DNA of 61,700 nt, counting the filler, from Sphacelaria rigidula (taxonomy: Eukaryota), in NCBI GenBank assembly GCA_964200075.2. It is 7 parts of 7 records of this genome, joined end to end, with 100 filler letters (N's around TTAATTAATTAA, not from the genome) between each part and the next. Parts side by side here need not be neighbours in the genome. Positions count along the whole stretch, not along the records: positions 44,145 to 52,872 come from CAXNAA020010257.1; positions 52,973 to 61,700 come from CAXNAA020010258.1; 5 more parts are not named here. The stretch is one strand, 5' to 3'. Position numbers and translations under genes: made by a program. This document shows, in pieces, positions 49,666 to 61,700 of this stretch (position 1 is the stretch's first letter; every line of letters begins with the position of its first letter). The notes under the pieces were generated by a model. It had not been told where the DNA came from, searched no databases, and saw nothing but the letters and a program-made list of their open reading frames with translations.

Positions 49666-52530
49666 GCTGCTGCTGCTGCGGTTGCTGTGGTTGCCGTCTC
49701 CCGGGGCTGTGTGTTTGAGGAGGCTGTAAAGGTGGCGGTGATGGTTGGACTGCGGCGGCCTTGTTGTGGGGGGGGTACCACGTGACGATGGAGAGATCTT
49801 CGCCAGCCGAAAACATCAGGCCCTGTGAAAAACAAGTGAGCGTGTGAATCAATCACAAAACGGTAGTGACGACCGCAATGAGATGAGGCAAATTACTGCT
49901 GGTCCACCGATAATGTTCCCGGTGAGCACGTGATCAGGTGCATACGTCGGTAAAAATAAAGCCAGAATAAAACTGTCAAGCCATATCGTGAAAGTCTGAG
50001 AAAGAAGTTGAGTTGACCAAGTCTAGCTGCAATGAGATAGCGGCTGGTTAATTGAAAGTAGGTTTGCCTATCACAAGTTATAAGGTGTACCCATCAGGAA
50101 CGCGCAACGCAAGAGCACGGATGGGACGTCCCGGTTGGCGTGCCATGAGCAATCGTCAACTATCATACCTTTCGATGTCAAATTGAGATTCTTGTTATAC
50201 CCTGTAGACGATAAGTTGGTGTATAACATTATGTTTTTCTAGGAACCCTGCAAACTCAGAACTGGTGGTGTCGGAATTTGTAGAGTAAATTCACGGGTAT
50301 ATCACTCCAATATTGATATCCATATGCATACTATATTTCAGCCTGTCGTGTCAATCGTTTCCCCCTTCCCTTCCCTTCCCTTCCCTTCCCTTCCCTTCCC
50401 TTCCCTTCCCTTCCCTTCCCTTCCCTTTTGCTGTTTATTTTTTCGTATTCAGTTCATGCCGTTGCTCGTCTTTCTTCTTTCTCGCATTTCCATTTCTCGA
50501 GTGAGTTTCGCCCAGGAGGTGCTTGCGTTTCTTTCCCTTGGGTACGCCTGTCTAGAGCGACCTCGACTGGATTCCTCGTAGCCCAATCGTCAGCTAATCG
50601 TCAGCCAGTCGTACGCTAATGTGCTGCAAACAGTCAAACGACTCAAATATGCGCAGTATTTGTGTTCACCGAAGTGGAGACGGCTGGAGAATATCGCACG
50701 AGTCAGGCGCGAAGTCTTTCGATCCCCCTGACCCCTAGTCGGACGCTAAACGGACAGGCTTGTCGGAGGTGGCACGGGATAGTAGCTTTGGATGAGCGAC
50801 ACCGCCTCCATAGAAAGGGCGTCGTCCCCCATATAGCATATGCCGCGCGTCATAGCCATTTTTGTGTTTGTCGCAGGTCATTGCCGTCTTAGAAGAGCAA
50901 AACAGCACCGATGCGTTTGTGCCAACTGTACGTCTGACTACACCTGCACGAAGATGTCAGGATGCAAAGCTGAATGATACACTAAGTGCAAGAAATGCAC
51001 ACTCGGTTCGCCCAACCAGAGCGAAAGGCTACTGTACATCTACTCCTGGCTACAGTGGGTTATTTCACAACATCCCTGCCAAGCGTCCATGTCCTTTTTA
51101 GCATCCATGTACCCCTTCGAAAAGCCATCCTCCAAAAGCTTATGGGACTGTCGCCCGACGAACTCTTTGGCAAAAAGTATGAGCGTTCTAATGGTCAACC
51201 ACAGGCAGCGGTCATCTGTATGTGTTTTCGTATCTCATAATCCATGCGAGTACGAAGAACTTGTCATACCTTGGCGTACTTGATTGACGTCACGGGGCCC
51301 GAGTGCACCATATACTCTGCCACTTGCTCAAATCCTGAGAGCTGAATAGCAGCGGCACCGGCATGTGTGCAGTGTACGAATCAATGAGGGTACGAAATCA
51401 ATACAGAAAGGGAGAGTAGTTCAGAGATATCTGCTGTTTGTGAGGCGTATTGAATATTTCCCCTGTAAGATCCGACAGCTAGCCGACTAGTTCGCCCACA
51501 GTGTATCTAACCGCATACATCGCGGGTCCTCGCGCGGTGCAGTGGTATGGCGAAGGGCTTTGGCGGCCATTTCAACGCCGCGTCCGGTGGTCGACCTGAT
51601 ACACCAAGGACCACTTTGCGTGGACTTTGTGGCATCTAATCCCGACATATACGGTCATGATGATATTGCTATCAAGAAACTCTCTCCCGTCGTCGAAGGC
51701 GTGGGGATGTGATCAACAGCAAATAAACAAGCGATTCAGATCGACGGAATGAGGAAGTGCTGGTAGTTATAATCCAATGCTGAGAAATACTACGTCAGGC
51801 TGATAACAGGTGAAATGTGCGGCGTTGATCGCTTGAGACGATATATTAGTCCCGGAGAGTAAAGGGGGGCAGAACGAGTGACGTAAACAACAAAACCAGA
51901 GACCAGACGGTGGACGAATTCACGCCCATTTCAGGGGAGGGGGGGGGGGGTCGAAGGTGCGATTGATCCAGAAACACAAGAATATGTCACAGGAAAGAAG
52001 GAACGGCAATATCCATGAAGACAGATATCGAGCACCGTGAGTTCTTTTATAACCAATGGCACATGTCAGGCACGTGATCAATCGATATGGTGCAGGGGAT
52101 AGCGGAATACGCGCGTCACAAGGTTTGTGCCCCCAAGACACCAAGACAGCAAACCTGGATTTAACAACCTTCAAGATAGACAGACGCGTGGGGGAAACCT
52201 GCACCTCTGGAGGAATTCGCCAAGCTCAATACTGTTCCGCTAGAGGGAGGAGAGGCATTGAGAGAATGGGCAAGGAAATGAAGAGCAAAAATGAAAAGCG
52301 GGCTCCCGTCACAATGCAGTCAAACTAATGGGGCCACGGACCGAACCATGGCGAGACTCGCACTGTACCGACTCCTCAACTACCGCGTAGTGTAGAAGTG
52401 TGGGCACCTTTTCGTTTCTCCCGTCCTTCCACACTGGGTTCCAAGCTTTTACGATGCCTGACGACCCAGAAGCTGTGTAGATACGTCCCCATGCTACTTC
52501 TATGGCCGTGACGCCTCCCCCACTATGCAC
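45863..52530 (-). CDS. Partial WD40-like repeat protein with polyQ insert. Exons 52530-52408, 49822-49222, 48492-48287, 46035-45863 (possibly also 44910-44830)
   Basis: GT-AG boundaries with consistent phases. WD-like blades VHSGGGVTAIEVAWGRIYTASGSSGIVKAWN, GLMFSAGEDLSIVTW and HVAGVVGLSIIPGAVISADSGGRVLVRR. The later exon is helical (AYLDHLCTVRFLLRAKAKRRIREEIRLERQR). Confidence 0.7.
46563..47005. mobile_element. Foldback MITE family B (443 bp), TSD CAGA
   Basis: CAGA|aacagccgatcatc .. gatgatcggctgtt|CAGA. Almost entirely palindromic. Confidence 0.9.
47654..48190 (+). mobile_element. Head-to-tail stack R2 + short R2 + 5'-truncated R1, each ending in a C tract
   Basis: Units at approximately 47654-47830, 47836-47925 and 47930-48190. 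Confidence 0.75.
48880..49170 (+). repeat. Degenerate short-period tandem repeat (..cgtaaaggtt..)
   Basis: Recurrent gtgaaggtt/cgtaaagg/aggttag units. Confidence 0.5.
50363..50426 (+). repeat. (CCCTT)n microsatellite
   Basis: Direct observation. Confidence 0.95.
51050..51860 (-). pseudogene. Possible highly decayed Ty3/gypsy-like reverse transcriptase relic in an intron
   Basis: Collinear minus-strand peptides with stops and frameshifts: PHISPVI, VDHIPTPS..YMSGLDATKS, GALGPRDVNQVRQGMTSS, FSKGYMDA. These loosely echo RT motifs. Confidence 0.3.
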
Positions 52531-52820
52531 CTGCGATCAAGATGTCGGTATTGGTGTAATCGTTATCGTCGTCGTCGTCGTCGTTGTTGTTGTTGATGAT
52601 GATGTTGATGTTGACGTTATTGTTATTTACTTACTTGTTATTGTTATTGTTACTTTTTCATTGTTATTATTGTTATTGTTGATGCTGTGACTGAGCTTGT
52701 TTTACATCATGAGGACGTATGCCACCGCGCTGCTTGTGTGAAATGGCGGTACATTGTTTGGGTATAGAAGTGCCATCTCCAGCTGTTTTTACCATTGCTC
52801 CTGATAAAACGACCTCCCCC

Positions 52821-52872
52821 CGCCTGGTCCGGCGAGAACCCGGCGTGCTCCGTCCCGGCTTTGTAGGGGCGG
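52821..52872 (+). mobile_element. 5'-truncated R1 at scaffold end
   Basis: cgcctggtccggcgagaacccggcgtgctccgtcccggctttgtagggg directly after cctccccc. Confidence 0.75.
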
Positions 52873-52972
52873 NNNNNNNNNNNNNNNNNNNNNNNNNNNN
52901 NNNNNNNNNNNNNNNNTTAATTAATTAANNNNNNNNNNNNNNNNNNNNNNNNNNNNNNNNNNNNNNNNNNNN

Positions 52973-53119
52973 AGCTGCATCCTGCTAAGATTGTTCGGCG
53001 TGAAGCCTTTTGGTTATCTTGAATTTGGATGACAGCCTACAATGATTTGCTTCATTTTGTGGTATCGCCACTTCCAGCGACAGCTATAGCTTATGCACTG
53101 CTTCATGGGTGTCTCATCG
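52973..53119 (-). mobile_element. 5' half of R1 at scaffold start
   Basis: Matches 5615-5765. A C-rich tract lies directly upstream on the minus strand (53119-53137). Confidence 0.8.
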
Positions 53120-53664
53120 GGGGAAGGGGAAGGGGGCGTTTACGCGACTCCGCCGCGAGTTATCCAGTTTGGACTGATGACTGTAACTGGTTGTAATTTT
53201 GTGCAACCAGTTAACTGGTCAGCCAAACCAGTCCAAAACCCTAGCTTATACACTTGGATAGATGCACCAGATTGTTGTTGTGCAGCACCCACATAGTGCA
53301 CACCCGTGAGTAGCAAGCACCCCCACCTTCCCTGAAAACGTCGACCTCAAGTTACCCGGCAAGTGTCCGGGCGACTTAACAGGAAAGCGCCACTACTTCC
53401 TCCTATGGCTGATCGATGGGTGATTGATTGTCCCACATTAACTAATACCCGAGGGATGCAGCCGTCCTCGTTATCCACACCATAGACATACCCTATGTAA
53501 GCAAAAATAGTTGGCTTTTACTCAGTTCAACCGAATGAAAAATTGTACAGAAGTTCACTTGAAACTCCATATGAATAGTACGGCCAATACCTAATATAGA
53601 CGTGGATGCCCTCTCATATATAGACATGGGGCCACCGACTTGATTTAACGCATGAAAGACTCAC

Positions 53665-56600
53665 GCTGCCTTGGCGTCGTTGATAGCCTTGTACGTGGAA
53701 ACGGACTCCGCCATCACTTTCTCCATGGCTCCCTCCACGTATTTACCGATTTCGTCCTCTTCCGACGCCTGTATCATAGCTCGCACCTACTCAGCATAGA
53801 AATCACACGCGCGCAGTAAACCAAATCATGCGCGATCGATGGACAGGAGAAACACATGTGAGACCGTCGATTCTTGCAACACTGGACTCTTCCCCCCCGT
53901 CCCCCCCACCCCACCCTGTGGGCGTCGTATGGATTATGTGTGCGGCATACTCCTGTGTGTCTTACGTTGTCCCTTGTTTTTCAAAAAGTTCCTTCGGCAA
54001 GCGTTTGCGATTTTTGGGCATTGGTTACATTTGTGTTGTGACTACGGCGGTATCCCTCGGGAACCCTTCATGTGCGACAATCAAGCAATCCATCAACCAT
54101 ACTCCAGTATGTCAAACTCCAGTGTGTCATACCCCAGTATTTCATTCTCCACTGCGTGTACGACAAGCGCGGGATCCAGAAGCTGCAGAAGGCATGTGCT
54201 TTCAACCCCAGCCTTGCATTCAAGTGTCAAGCAGGGGTGCTCATCTTGAAAACACCACAACACAGAGGGAGAACCCCTCTGCACCTACTTCGTTCGGCAA
54301 ACCTATCCACCACAGTGCAGTATTGCAAGCGCATACAGTACCGGTACGCGCAACATACCCCGCAATCATGAAGCACTTCAAGCGCGGACGCTGGCATCAG
54401 AAATGATCATTGCGCACCATGCCAATACACTATTACGACTGAAAAATTGCCTGTTCCATCAAGAAGAAGCACGAGCTAACCCTTTTGGAACCCTCCCCTC
54501 CTGTCCCTTGGCCAAACGCCTTATTATGAGAAGCCCTGACCAAGAGGAAAAGGTGGAAACAGAAATCGCCGACGGCAACCATTTTTATAATGGAAGTCCG
54601 AAGAAGAATGTCCTCTCTGGAGATGTTGGGTGAGGTTTGCCCAATCACACCACGCAACGGATGAAGTGAGTTCAATTGTATCCATCGACAATAATCAGCA
54701 AAGCCTCTATGAAATGTTCCATTCAAGAAATAGCAATGGGCTCCAGGGTCCGACCAGGCACATCGGTATATCAGCATTTATTTGAAGATAAGGGCAGCAC
54801 CACTTTGACGGGTTGCAGCATCGGGTGGCGAGCTTGCCAAGCCACACCGTACATACAGCATGGTATGGCTGAACCCAGCGAAATCCCGTCACCAAATGCG
54901 GAAGGTACAGTGGGTTGTGCGGGCGGTATATGGCGGGCGTAATCGCAGGCGTCCGCACAGGCGATATACATGCACACGGGAGGGAGCCAGCGGACACCGC
55001 CTACCGTAATCAGGCCAGATGAAACAACACTACAGTCAGTAGATACAGTAGGTTACAGTTTTGACTTGCGACGACACTCCGTGCAAGATAAATATGGGCA
55101 TGTCGTGAAAAGTCGGCCACGAGAGTAGACGGCACGAGACGATAGCGGTAGCTGGCGTCATGAATCTCATGCAGCATGAAGTACGTCTGTGCAACGGTCG
55201 GGAACGATCAACCCGCAGTATAGATGTGATGGGGCAACTGTGCCTTTCGCTGCGCCGTTGTGTAGTAGTCAGCCCGCAGTATGGTGTTGTCGGCAAGTGC
55301 TTGGCAGAGCGCAGTTCTGTGCATGCCCCGCGTTTTACAGAGATATTTTCAAAATACAATACAGACATGACACGAAGCAGTACATCACCCCTGGGGCGAC
55401 GCCGCTTGGGAGACTCAGCCTACACCACAGTGACGGTGCACAACTGCAGGGCACATGGCGTCTGCGTCGCCTTTACGCATTTTTTCAAAGGGCGGGATGG
55501 TGCTGTCGGAACGTGGATGAGCGCGATGTTGTGCATGACGTGAGTATGCAGTCGAGGTTACCCCAAACTGTTGTAAACACAGCCAGTACTGTACAGGGCA
55601 GTGTCGCAGCACGCCCGGCGGCACGGAAAGGTGACTACCTGGGATTGTATTACACCGCCAGTTCATACATTTAGCGAATGTGTCATCGGCGTTGCCCTTG
55701 TTGCTATGACGCTGCAAATAGTATAAACTGCAGCGGGAAGGGCGTGCAGGTCAGGCGGGAGCATGCTTCACAGAGGCTTGCCGGGCACTGTGGCCGGGGA
55801 AGGAAAAAACGCCGACGGGTCGCAGCAAGAAAATAGGAAACCTTCTCTTGTTCCACTTGTCACTCGCACGGGTTTGAAAAATACGCGTTTGGCCAAAATT
55901 GTTGCGTCTAAGCTGTGAACCATCAATCATATCTTGCTCAAAAACCGTCAATTGCAAATGATCAAATTTCCATTGTGAGTTCCAAAAGGGTTGAAAAAAA
56001 AGGCTCCACGAATAACGTGCTTGACACCATGGGCGGTAAAACTGTGATGGAACACTCGGCCAGACCTAACACGACAGCCGGCAGGCTATGTGCACGGTTT
56101 GCTGGCGGAGCTACTGCCGTGCGCCTCGCTTTGCTCGCATAGCAAAGCACTCCGAAACTACGATACGCAACCGAAGTTTCATCTCATTCGACCCTTTGGC
56201 CGCCGGTGTTCTCTGTTTCAAGGTTCCGTCCAGTGACAGTCCTGCGAAATCTTGAAGAACGGTTCTTAGATGCATTGATTAGCGCCAAGTTGATATGGGC
56301 GTTCATTCAAAAATGATACAAGACGAAAAACTCCGGCCAGGAGGTGTGCAGCAAATATTCCGCCATGGCTGAGGGAGGAAGTTCAACTTTTCTTGCGTTC
56401 ATCCATGGTTTCGCGGCATCTTGCGTCGACATATTCGTACCAACCAAGACGCATGGTGTACGAGCAAAAATGCTGCTGGCGCGACCCGCCACTCCTGTCA
56501 TTTTTTCTGCACCGAGACGGCAATGTGATCTGCTGGTACAGCATATGCACCAATAACGACGACGAGGGACATGAAAATGCGTTGCAACAGCTTCTTCTCA

Positions 56601-57787
56601 TATAGGCATGGTCTCTCCTGACCAAAAATTCATACTCTGCACCCTCCCCCTCCCCAAAAGCTCGTCAATTTTGGTGTCCAAGCACGAGCCGGGCCAGCCT
56701 AAAAACGGACTTGAGCTACCACAGCCATATTTCATCGACGCAGACGAATTAGGCCGTGATCCGCGCATCTTCTTCATCGTGCAATCAACGGGAAGATACC
56801 CATCTACTCAACGGCCCCGTCAGATGCTTTATCCTTGATGAAGCGCCAGACGGAGTAAATCCCGTCACGTGCGGAGATAGCAAGTCTTACGACACCCCGA
56901 AAAAATGTACACAGCTGATAACACTAATCTTGAGTGAGAACACTGCCTGGGGCACGGGGAAACGATCGATAGCTTCACCTTCACCTACTTCGTCATCTAT
57001 TGAGATATATGGCGCGCATGAGGTCCCGTAGTAAATTTGAGATTATACGGGGAGATGCCCCAAATCTGGACTTCGCGTCTCAGTTTTCATAGCTGTGCTT
57101 TGAAATTTGGTAAGGGATATCGCGAGGGCAAAATTCAAACAAAATTGGCACATGGAGATGCTATTTCATGAGTTGAAGGACGTATTCGTAGAAAAAAAAT
57201 GGATATTGATTTTCTCCACTCTACTCATGAAAAGAATAAAAAAATAACTCAATTTGCCAAATAAACGAAGATAATAATTTGCCCCTGGGATACACTCCAT
57301 ACCAGATTTCAAAGTGCAAGTCAAAACTGAGACGCGAAATCCAGCTTTAGTGCCTGATCCACTTTTATGCTGGCCCACCTCGTACGGAATCGGGGCAGCA
57401 CAAGCGGGTAAAGAGAAGTGTGTACTGTACCTGCGATGTAGTGCCCGAAGCCTTCTTCGCTTTCTTCACGGCCGCCTCCATGTCATAAAGTTCCTCTTCC
57501 CTCACCACCGGCGGAGGCGGCGGGCGGTGGCTGGAATCATCATCGTCATCCTCCTCCTCTTCCCCCAACACCTTTACAGCCTCCTCTTGAGCCTCTGTCA
57601 CCGACGGTTCGGTCGACGCCACAGCAGCCTTCGGGGCAGCACAGTTCAGAGAGCGGAAAAAGGGTGCCGTGGAGGGGGGAGGGGGGGGGGGGGGGCCCCA
57701 TGTACGTGCATCGCGGAGTGGGTGGAGAGGGGGGGGAGGGGGGGGGGGGGGGTGGTGGGTGCGGGGCGTTCGTGGTTTGGGTGTTGT

Positions 57788-57819
<32 letters not shown>

Positions 57820-58612
57820 GTACTAACAATCCGTTTTTTTCAACTCTCCAAAGCCCCTTCGGAGAGTCAGACAGTTGAAAAAAAGTGAACGGGCACGCGA
57901 GCGAGAACATGACAGCGATCGTGGCGGTTGTGTGGCCATCGAGCGGTGATTATAGAAATCTGAAGACAGCATGCACAGCAACGTCCTGCAATCTCTATAC
58001 TGCCCGCGACATAACAACAATCGCCGAAATGCATTCATACCTCTTGCTTGTTAAGTGAGTTCGTTGTACCTTTTGGGGACATGAGCAATGTTTCGCAGTC
58101 ACCATGGCGCATTCAAAACGTGCAAACGGTGTGCACAATCGCCCATTTCCTTCTTTGGATTTCGCGTCCCTTGGTGTTTATTCCGTACTTGACTAATTCT
58201 CGTGAACCTAAAGCTTCGAAAGTTGGATAAAATGCGCATGTGCTCAGGCGCTGCACAGATGCTGGCAAACAGCGGCTGTACGTAGTACATGAAGAAACTT
58301 CGGCATTTGCATGGTTCCGTGGAACGTCCTTTAACAAATCCTTGTGTATAGCGGTAAACGTTAACTAGTTCCAGTAGCTATCTTGTTCGGTCAACCTACC
58401 GTTCCTTTTTTTTATTGCTCTCTTGTGCGGACCCCATATTTGCCGAAAGCAAAAAACGAAGCTACTGGATTCTCCCAAAAATTGAGTCAATACACGGCAT
58501 CGAGTGAAGTCAAGCATAAGGTACATTCGACCATGAATACCGACAGTAATGTGTATGATGACCAAAAGGATGGAGACATCTTAAGTCACCGAGGAAAAGG
58601 CGGGGGGCGATC

Positions 58613-58645
<33 letters not shown>

Positions 58646-60622
58646 GTTCCGTCTTGAGAGCTTCTTCCTCCCTCTGTTTTTCGAGCCTAATCTTCTCCGC
58701 CGCTCTTCTCTCCTCCTCCTCCTCCCTGGCTTGTGCCTCTGCAGCCTCCCTTGCTTTCGTCTCCGCAACGCTTGAATCTGCCACCAACGTCTTGAACGCG
58801 CTTTTCGAGTTCAAAGACACCGAATGAGGGACAAGGATAGCAGCAGCAGTAGCAGCAAATGATGATAAGTTTTGTACCAAAAACACACTACGCGTATATC
58901 AGAAGAGCTTTACTTATGCAGACGCTGTCGACACGCGCTTGGTTCACAATGAGAAAAAAAAAGCCATGCTTTCACGAAAAACGGGCTCGCACAAAGATCC
59001 ATCTATCCGTATGCCCTAAATGTCGCATCCTTAGTTGTCTTTCGTAAATGTCTGCTGCCGGAAGCTCATCCGCTCCTACTCGTCTCGGCGTGTTTTCGCT
59101 GGAAAACCCACCACGTTGGAACTCCCTCGTGCATGTTGCGTGAGGGAGTGGGGTTGAGGGACCTCGGAGACCCTAGAAACGTGCCCTGCACAACCGCACC
59201 TAATGGAAAACTCCCTACGCACGAGCGGGTCCTGACAAGATCCAAGACCCGCCACGAACCCAACCACGTCAAGTACCTCCCCGCCGAAAAAGAGGGAAGC
59301 CATGCCAAAAAAACAAATAAACGAGAGGCGACGTGAGGACGCCATGGCGCGCGCGCAGCACCTGAAAGCAGCCACAGCCTTCTCAGATGCGTTTATGCAG
59401 TCGGGTAGCATGCTCTTTGCCTTGGCTAGCGCCGCCAACTGTAGTACGGAAGCTTCCGCCACGCCCCTGGCGCCATTGGTAACGGCCTCGGCCTGTGATC
59501 TCACTTGGGATATCTTCGACTTGGTCTGTGCAGTTAGTTCCTCCGTTTGCTCAACCTGCCAATGACGAATGAAGATTTTCACCAGACAAAAACAAGACAC
59601 AAACTCTCAGTAACTATGCATGCGCATTTAGTCGACAACTCGATGCACAGACATAGATTTTGGTCGGACCCCAGACTGCCTTGAGCAAAGCTTGCGAACG
59701 CTCGAGGCGCATACCACACACGATTGCGAGCCTCCGGGGATTCGGCTGACGAACTCACAAACGGGATAAGTGTGAGTCAGGTTTAATCCCTCCTTCAAAG
59801 AAAAAAAAAAACTGGCGAGCCACATTGCATTTTCCCACGAAAAATACTCAAAACTAGCGGGACATTGATACATCACGTAGTAATCACCCTTTGCTCATAA
59901 ATCTAGCCGCAAGCCCCTCATTGGAGAATGAAGAATCCTCCACCAAAACGATCTCGTTTCGCCATCCGTGCCTTTTCAAATCACCGTGCACTCCGAGTGT
60001 CAATCAAGTAAACGCGTAGAATCCTCTCACCGCGCCCCGGTAGTCAAACGGGGGGGCGGAGGGGCGGGTGTACTCGTGACCTTGCATGCCGTAGTCGTGT
60101 GACCATTGACCTTCCCCCCCCCCACCCAGAAAAAGCCGGGACGGAGCACGTCGTTCTCGCCAGTTCGGCTGGATTTCGTGGATTATGATTCGAGGACAGC
60201 ATACTCTCTATTTCTTCTTCTTCTGCTTTCCGTCGTTCACAGAACGCGAGAATGTGATATGGCAAATAATGACAAAAAATGGTATGAAAATCGACGAGCA
60301 AAGTCCAGTGTACGTACCGCGGGAGGGGTGAGTAGGGACCCCTCGATACTAAGAATTCGTCCCCGGTAACGTGGTGAGGAGGATGAAGGGTTGAAAGCAT
60401 GACAACCCCTCCCCTAGAGAATCACCGGCTCAAACACCCAACTGCAACCCTGGCGCACTCATTACCTTACACTTGGCAGCGGCCTCCTCCGCCCCGACAG
60501 CCAAACCCTTCGCGTCTTGGTACATGGTCTTGAGCCTTCGAAGTGCGTTTTCAAGTCTCCGAATCGACCCAGCCGCGTCTCCGCCCCTTGCCGCAGTGAT
60601 CTCGGCGTCGAGCGCTTCGGCC
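53665..60622 (-). CDS. Partial unknown coiled-coil protein. Exons 60622-60466, 59555-59362, 58800-58644, 57628-57431, 53786-53665
   Basis: Five GT-AG exons with matching phases. Ala/Glu/Lys/Arg-rich helical translation (AEALDAEITAARGG.., EAQAREEEEERRAAEKIRLEKQREEE, VRAMIQASEEDEIGKYVEGAMEKVMAES). Confidence 0.75.
54480..55990. mobile_element. 1.5-kb non-autonomous piggyBac-like element P1
   Basis: TIR cccttttggaac / gttccaaaaggg with flanks CTAA and TTGA. An identical left end lies at 61574-61700. Confidence 0.7.
57066..57344. mobile_element. ~280-bp MITE
   Basis: ctggacttcgcgtctcagtttt / aaaactgagacgcgaaatccag, plus ctttgaaatttggta / taccagatttcaaag. Confidence 0.7.
60050..60200 (-). mobile_element. 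5'-truncated R1 with C tail
   Basis: G run, then gtgtactcgtgaccttgcatgccgtagtcgtgtgaccattgacc..aagccgggacggagcacg. Confidence 0.75.
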
Positions 60623-61573
60623 CTGGCAAGTAGTAGATGAGACAATAACGGTTACTTTAGCTCAGGCGAAATATTAGACAAGACGTTCGTGTGGCAACAA
60701 GCGGAGTTCGTCAAATAAGCCACTCAAAGAGAAACAAAACATCGTGGGACGTCTTCAGAGGCAAAAAGCAGCCGGTCACAAGAGAAGCACCAAGTTTTCT
60801 CGAAAGCAGTACGTAGCGGTTCACCCGAATAGTGCTCATACTAGAGTTGTGAACTGGCTGGCAGTTTAACTGACCAGTTACAGTCAACTGGTACAACTGA
60901 TTGACTGATCAGTTTTGTAACCAGTTGAACCAATTATTTCACCCGACATGTGTCATACTCCAAAGTGTTATGTGTACATGTCATACTCGAGTGAATATTT
61001 CCACAGTATTGTACTACAATCAACGACCGTGGGGACGCTGTTACAGAGGCGAGTACACGACCGCAAAGCGCGCACACCTAGACGTAGACACAAATATCGC
61101 AGACAAAACATTATAAAGAAAGAAAAGAGAGACATTGGGCACGGACAGTTGTTAATTGAGCGGATTTGAATGTGAAGCAAGACCGCGTTTCGTAGCGTTG
61201 TTGTCTGTGCTTTGCTTTATTCTGTCGGCGTCAAGCGCTAAAAGCGTTCAGTGGTGGCTGGTCAATGTGATACAGGAACATGAGGAAGAGTCGACATTTC
61301 TGTAAAAATTTCCTGGCTGATGGAGTCACACTCGATAACGTTCCCAAGTTGCCGTGCTACTAGTAGTTCCTGGCGCTTGGGTGGTACACGTGGAACGCCA
61401 TGTATGCTGCACTACTGTCTCACGGCTTCGTTTTTTGAACTCACGTCGCAAAGTTCAGTGATATTTCCTTTCCCCCCATACTACTGTACCTATATGTATA
61501 TATATACAATTTTGTGCACCGATTACGTGCTCGAATTGCTGGCGCTAGGCGGCTAGAATTCACCGCGATGTTG

Positions 61574-61700
61574 AACCCTTTTGGAACCCTCCCCTCCTGT
61601 CCCTTGGCCAAACGCCTTATTATGAGAAGCCCTGACCAAGAGGAAAAGGTGGAAACAGAAATCGCCGACGGCAACCATTTTTATAATGGAAGTCCGAAGA
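61574..61700 (+). mobile_element. Left end of a second P1 copy (scaffold break)
   Basis: 127 bp identical to 54478-54604. Confidence 0.85.

Noticed and set aside
49479..49856. PolyC, polyV and polyT ORFs
   Set aside because: Alternative frames of the polyQ microsatellite.
54400..57050. Fanzor/TnpB or transposase ORF in or next to the P1 element
   Set aside because: No RuvC, zinc-finger or DDD/E motifs recognised in any frame examined. A decayed relic cannot be excluded without a search.
57660..57825. Poly-Pro/poly-Gly coding extension or functional G-quadruplex
   Set aside because: Lies in the intron upstream of the acceptor at 57629; homopolymer-rich and probably error-prone.

Overview
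Eukaryotic, intron-rich DNA, almost certainly from a brown alga (Phaeophyceae). It is not one locus. Seven scaffolds of 8729, 8729, 8729, 8729, 8728, 8728 and 8728 bp are joined by 100-nt N/TTAATTAATTAA spacers, which looks like a length-sorted fragmented assembly, and most scaffold ends fall inside repeats. Genes rebuilt by hand from GT-AG exons with consistent phase: a 9-exon mannuronan C5-epimerase (YGFDPHDD motif, last exon missing), the C-terminal half of an NVL/Rix7-type AAA+ ATPase, a WD40-like protein with a polyQ insert, a coiled-coil protein, a large low-complexity exon that may end in a GCKIII/PDCD10-type dimerisation helix, and one isolated PB1-like exon. The rest is a dense set of non-autonomous mobile elements: a tRNA-derived SINE, Tc1/mariner-like, piggyBac-like and Harbinger-like TIR elements, and foldback MITEs with AACA..TGTT ends and 4-bp TSDs. 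The most unusual pattern is two repeat families that share a 3' module ending ATGAGTACAC-poly(C), are variably 5'-truncated, and usually sit directly after C tracts or stack head-to-tail. This suggests a poly(C)-tailed, C-tract-targeting retroposon system whose enzyme is not visible here. No CRISPR array, Fanzor/TnpB or intact transposase was recognised. All family assignments come from reading by eye, with no database search.
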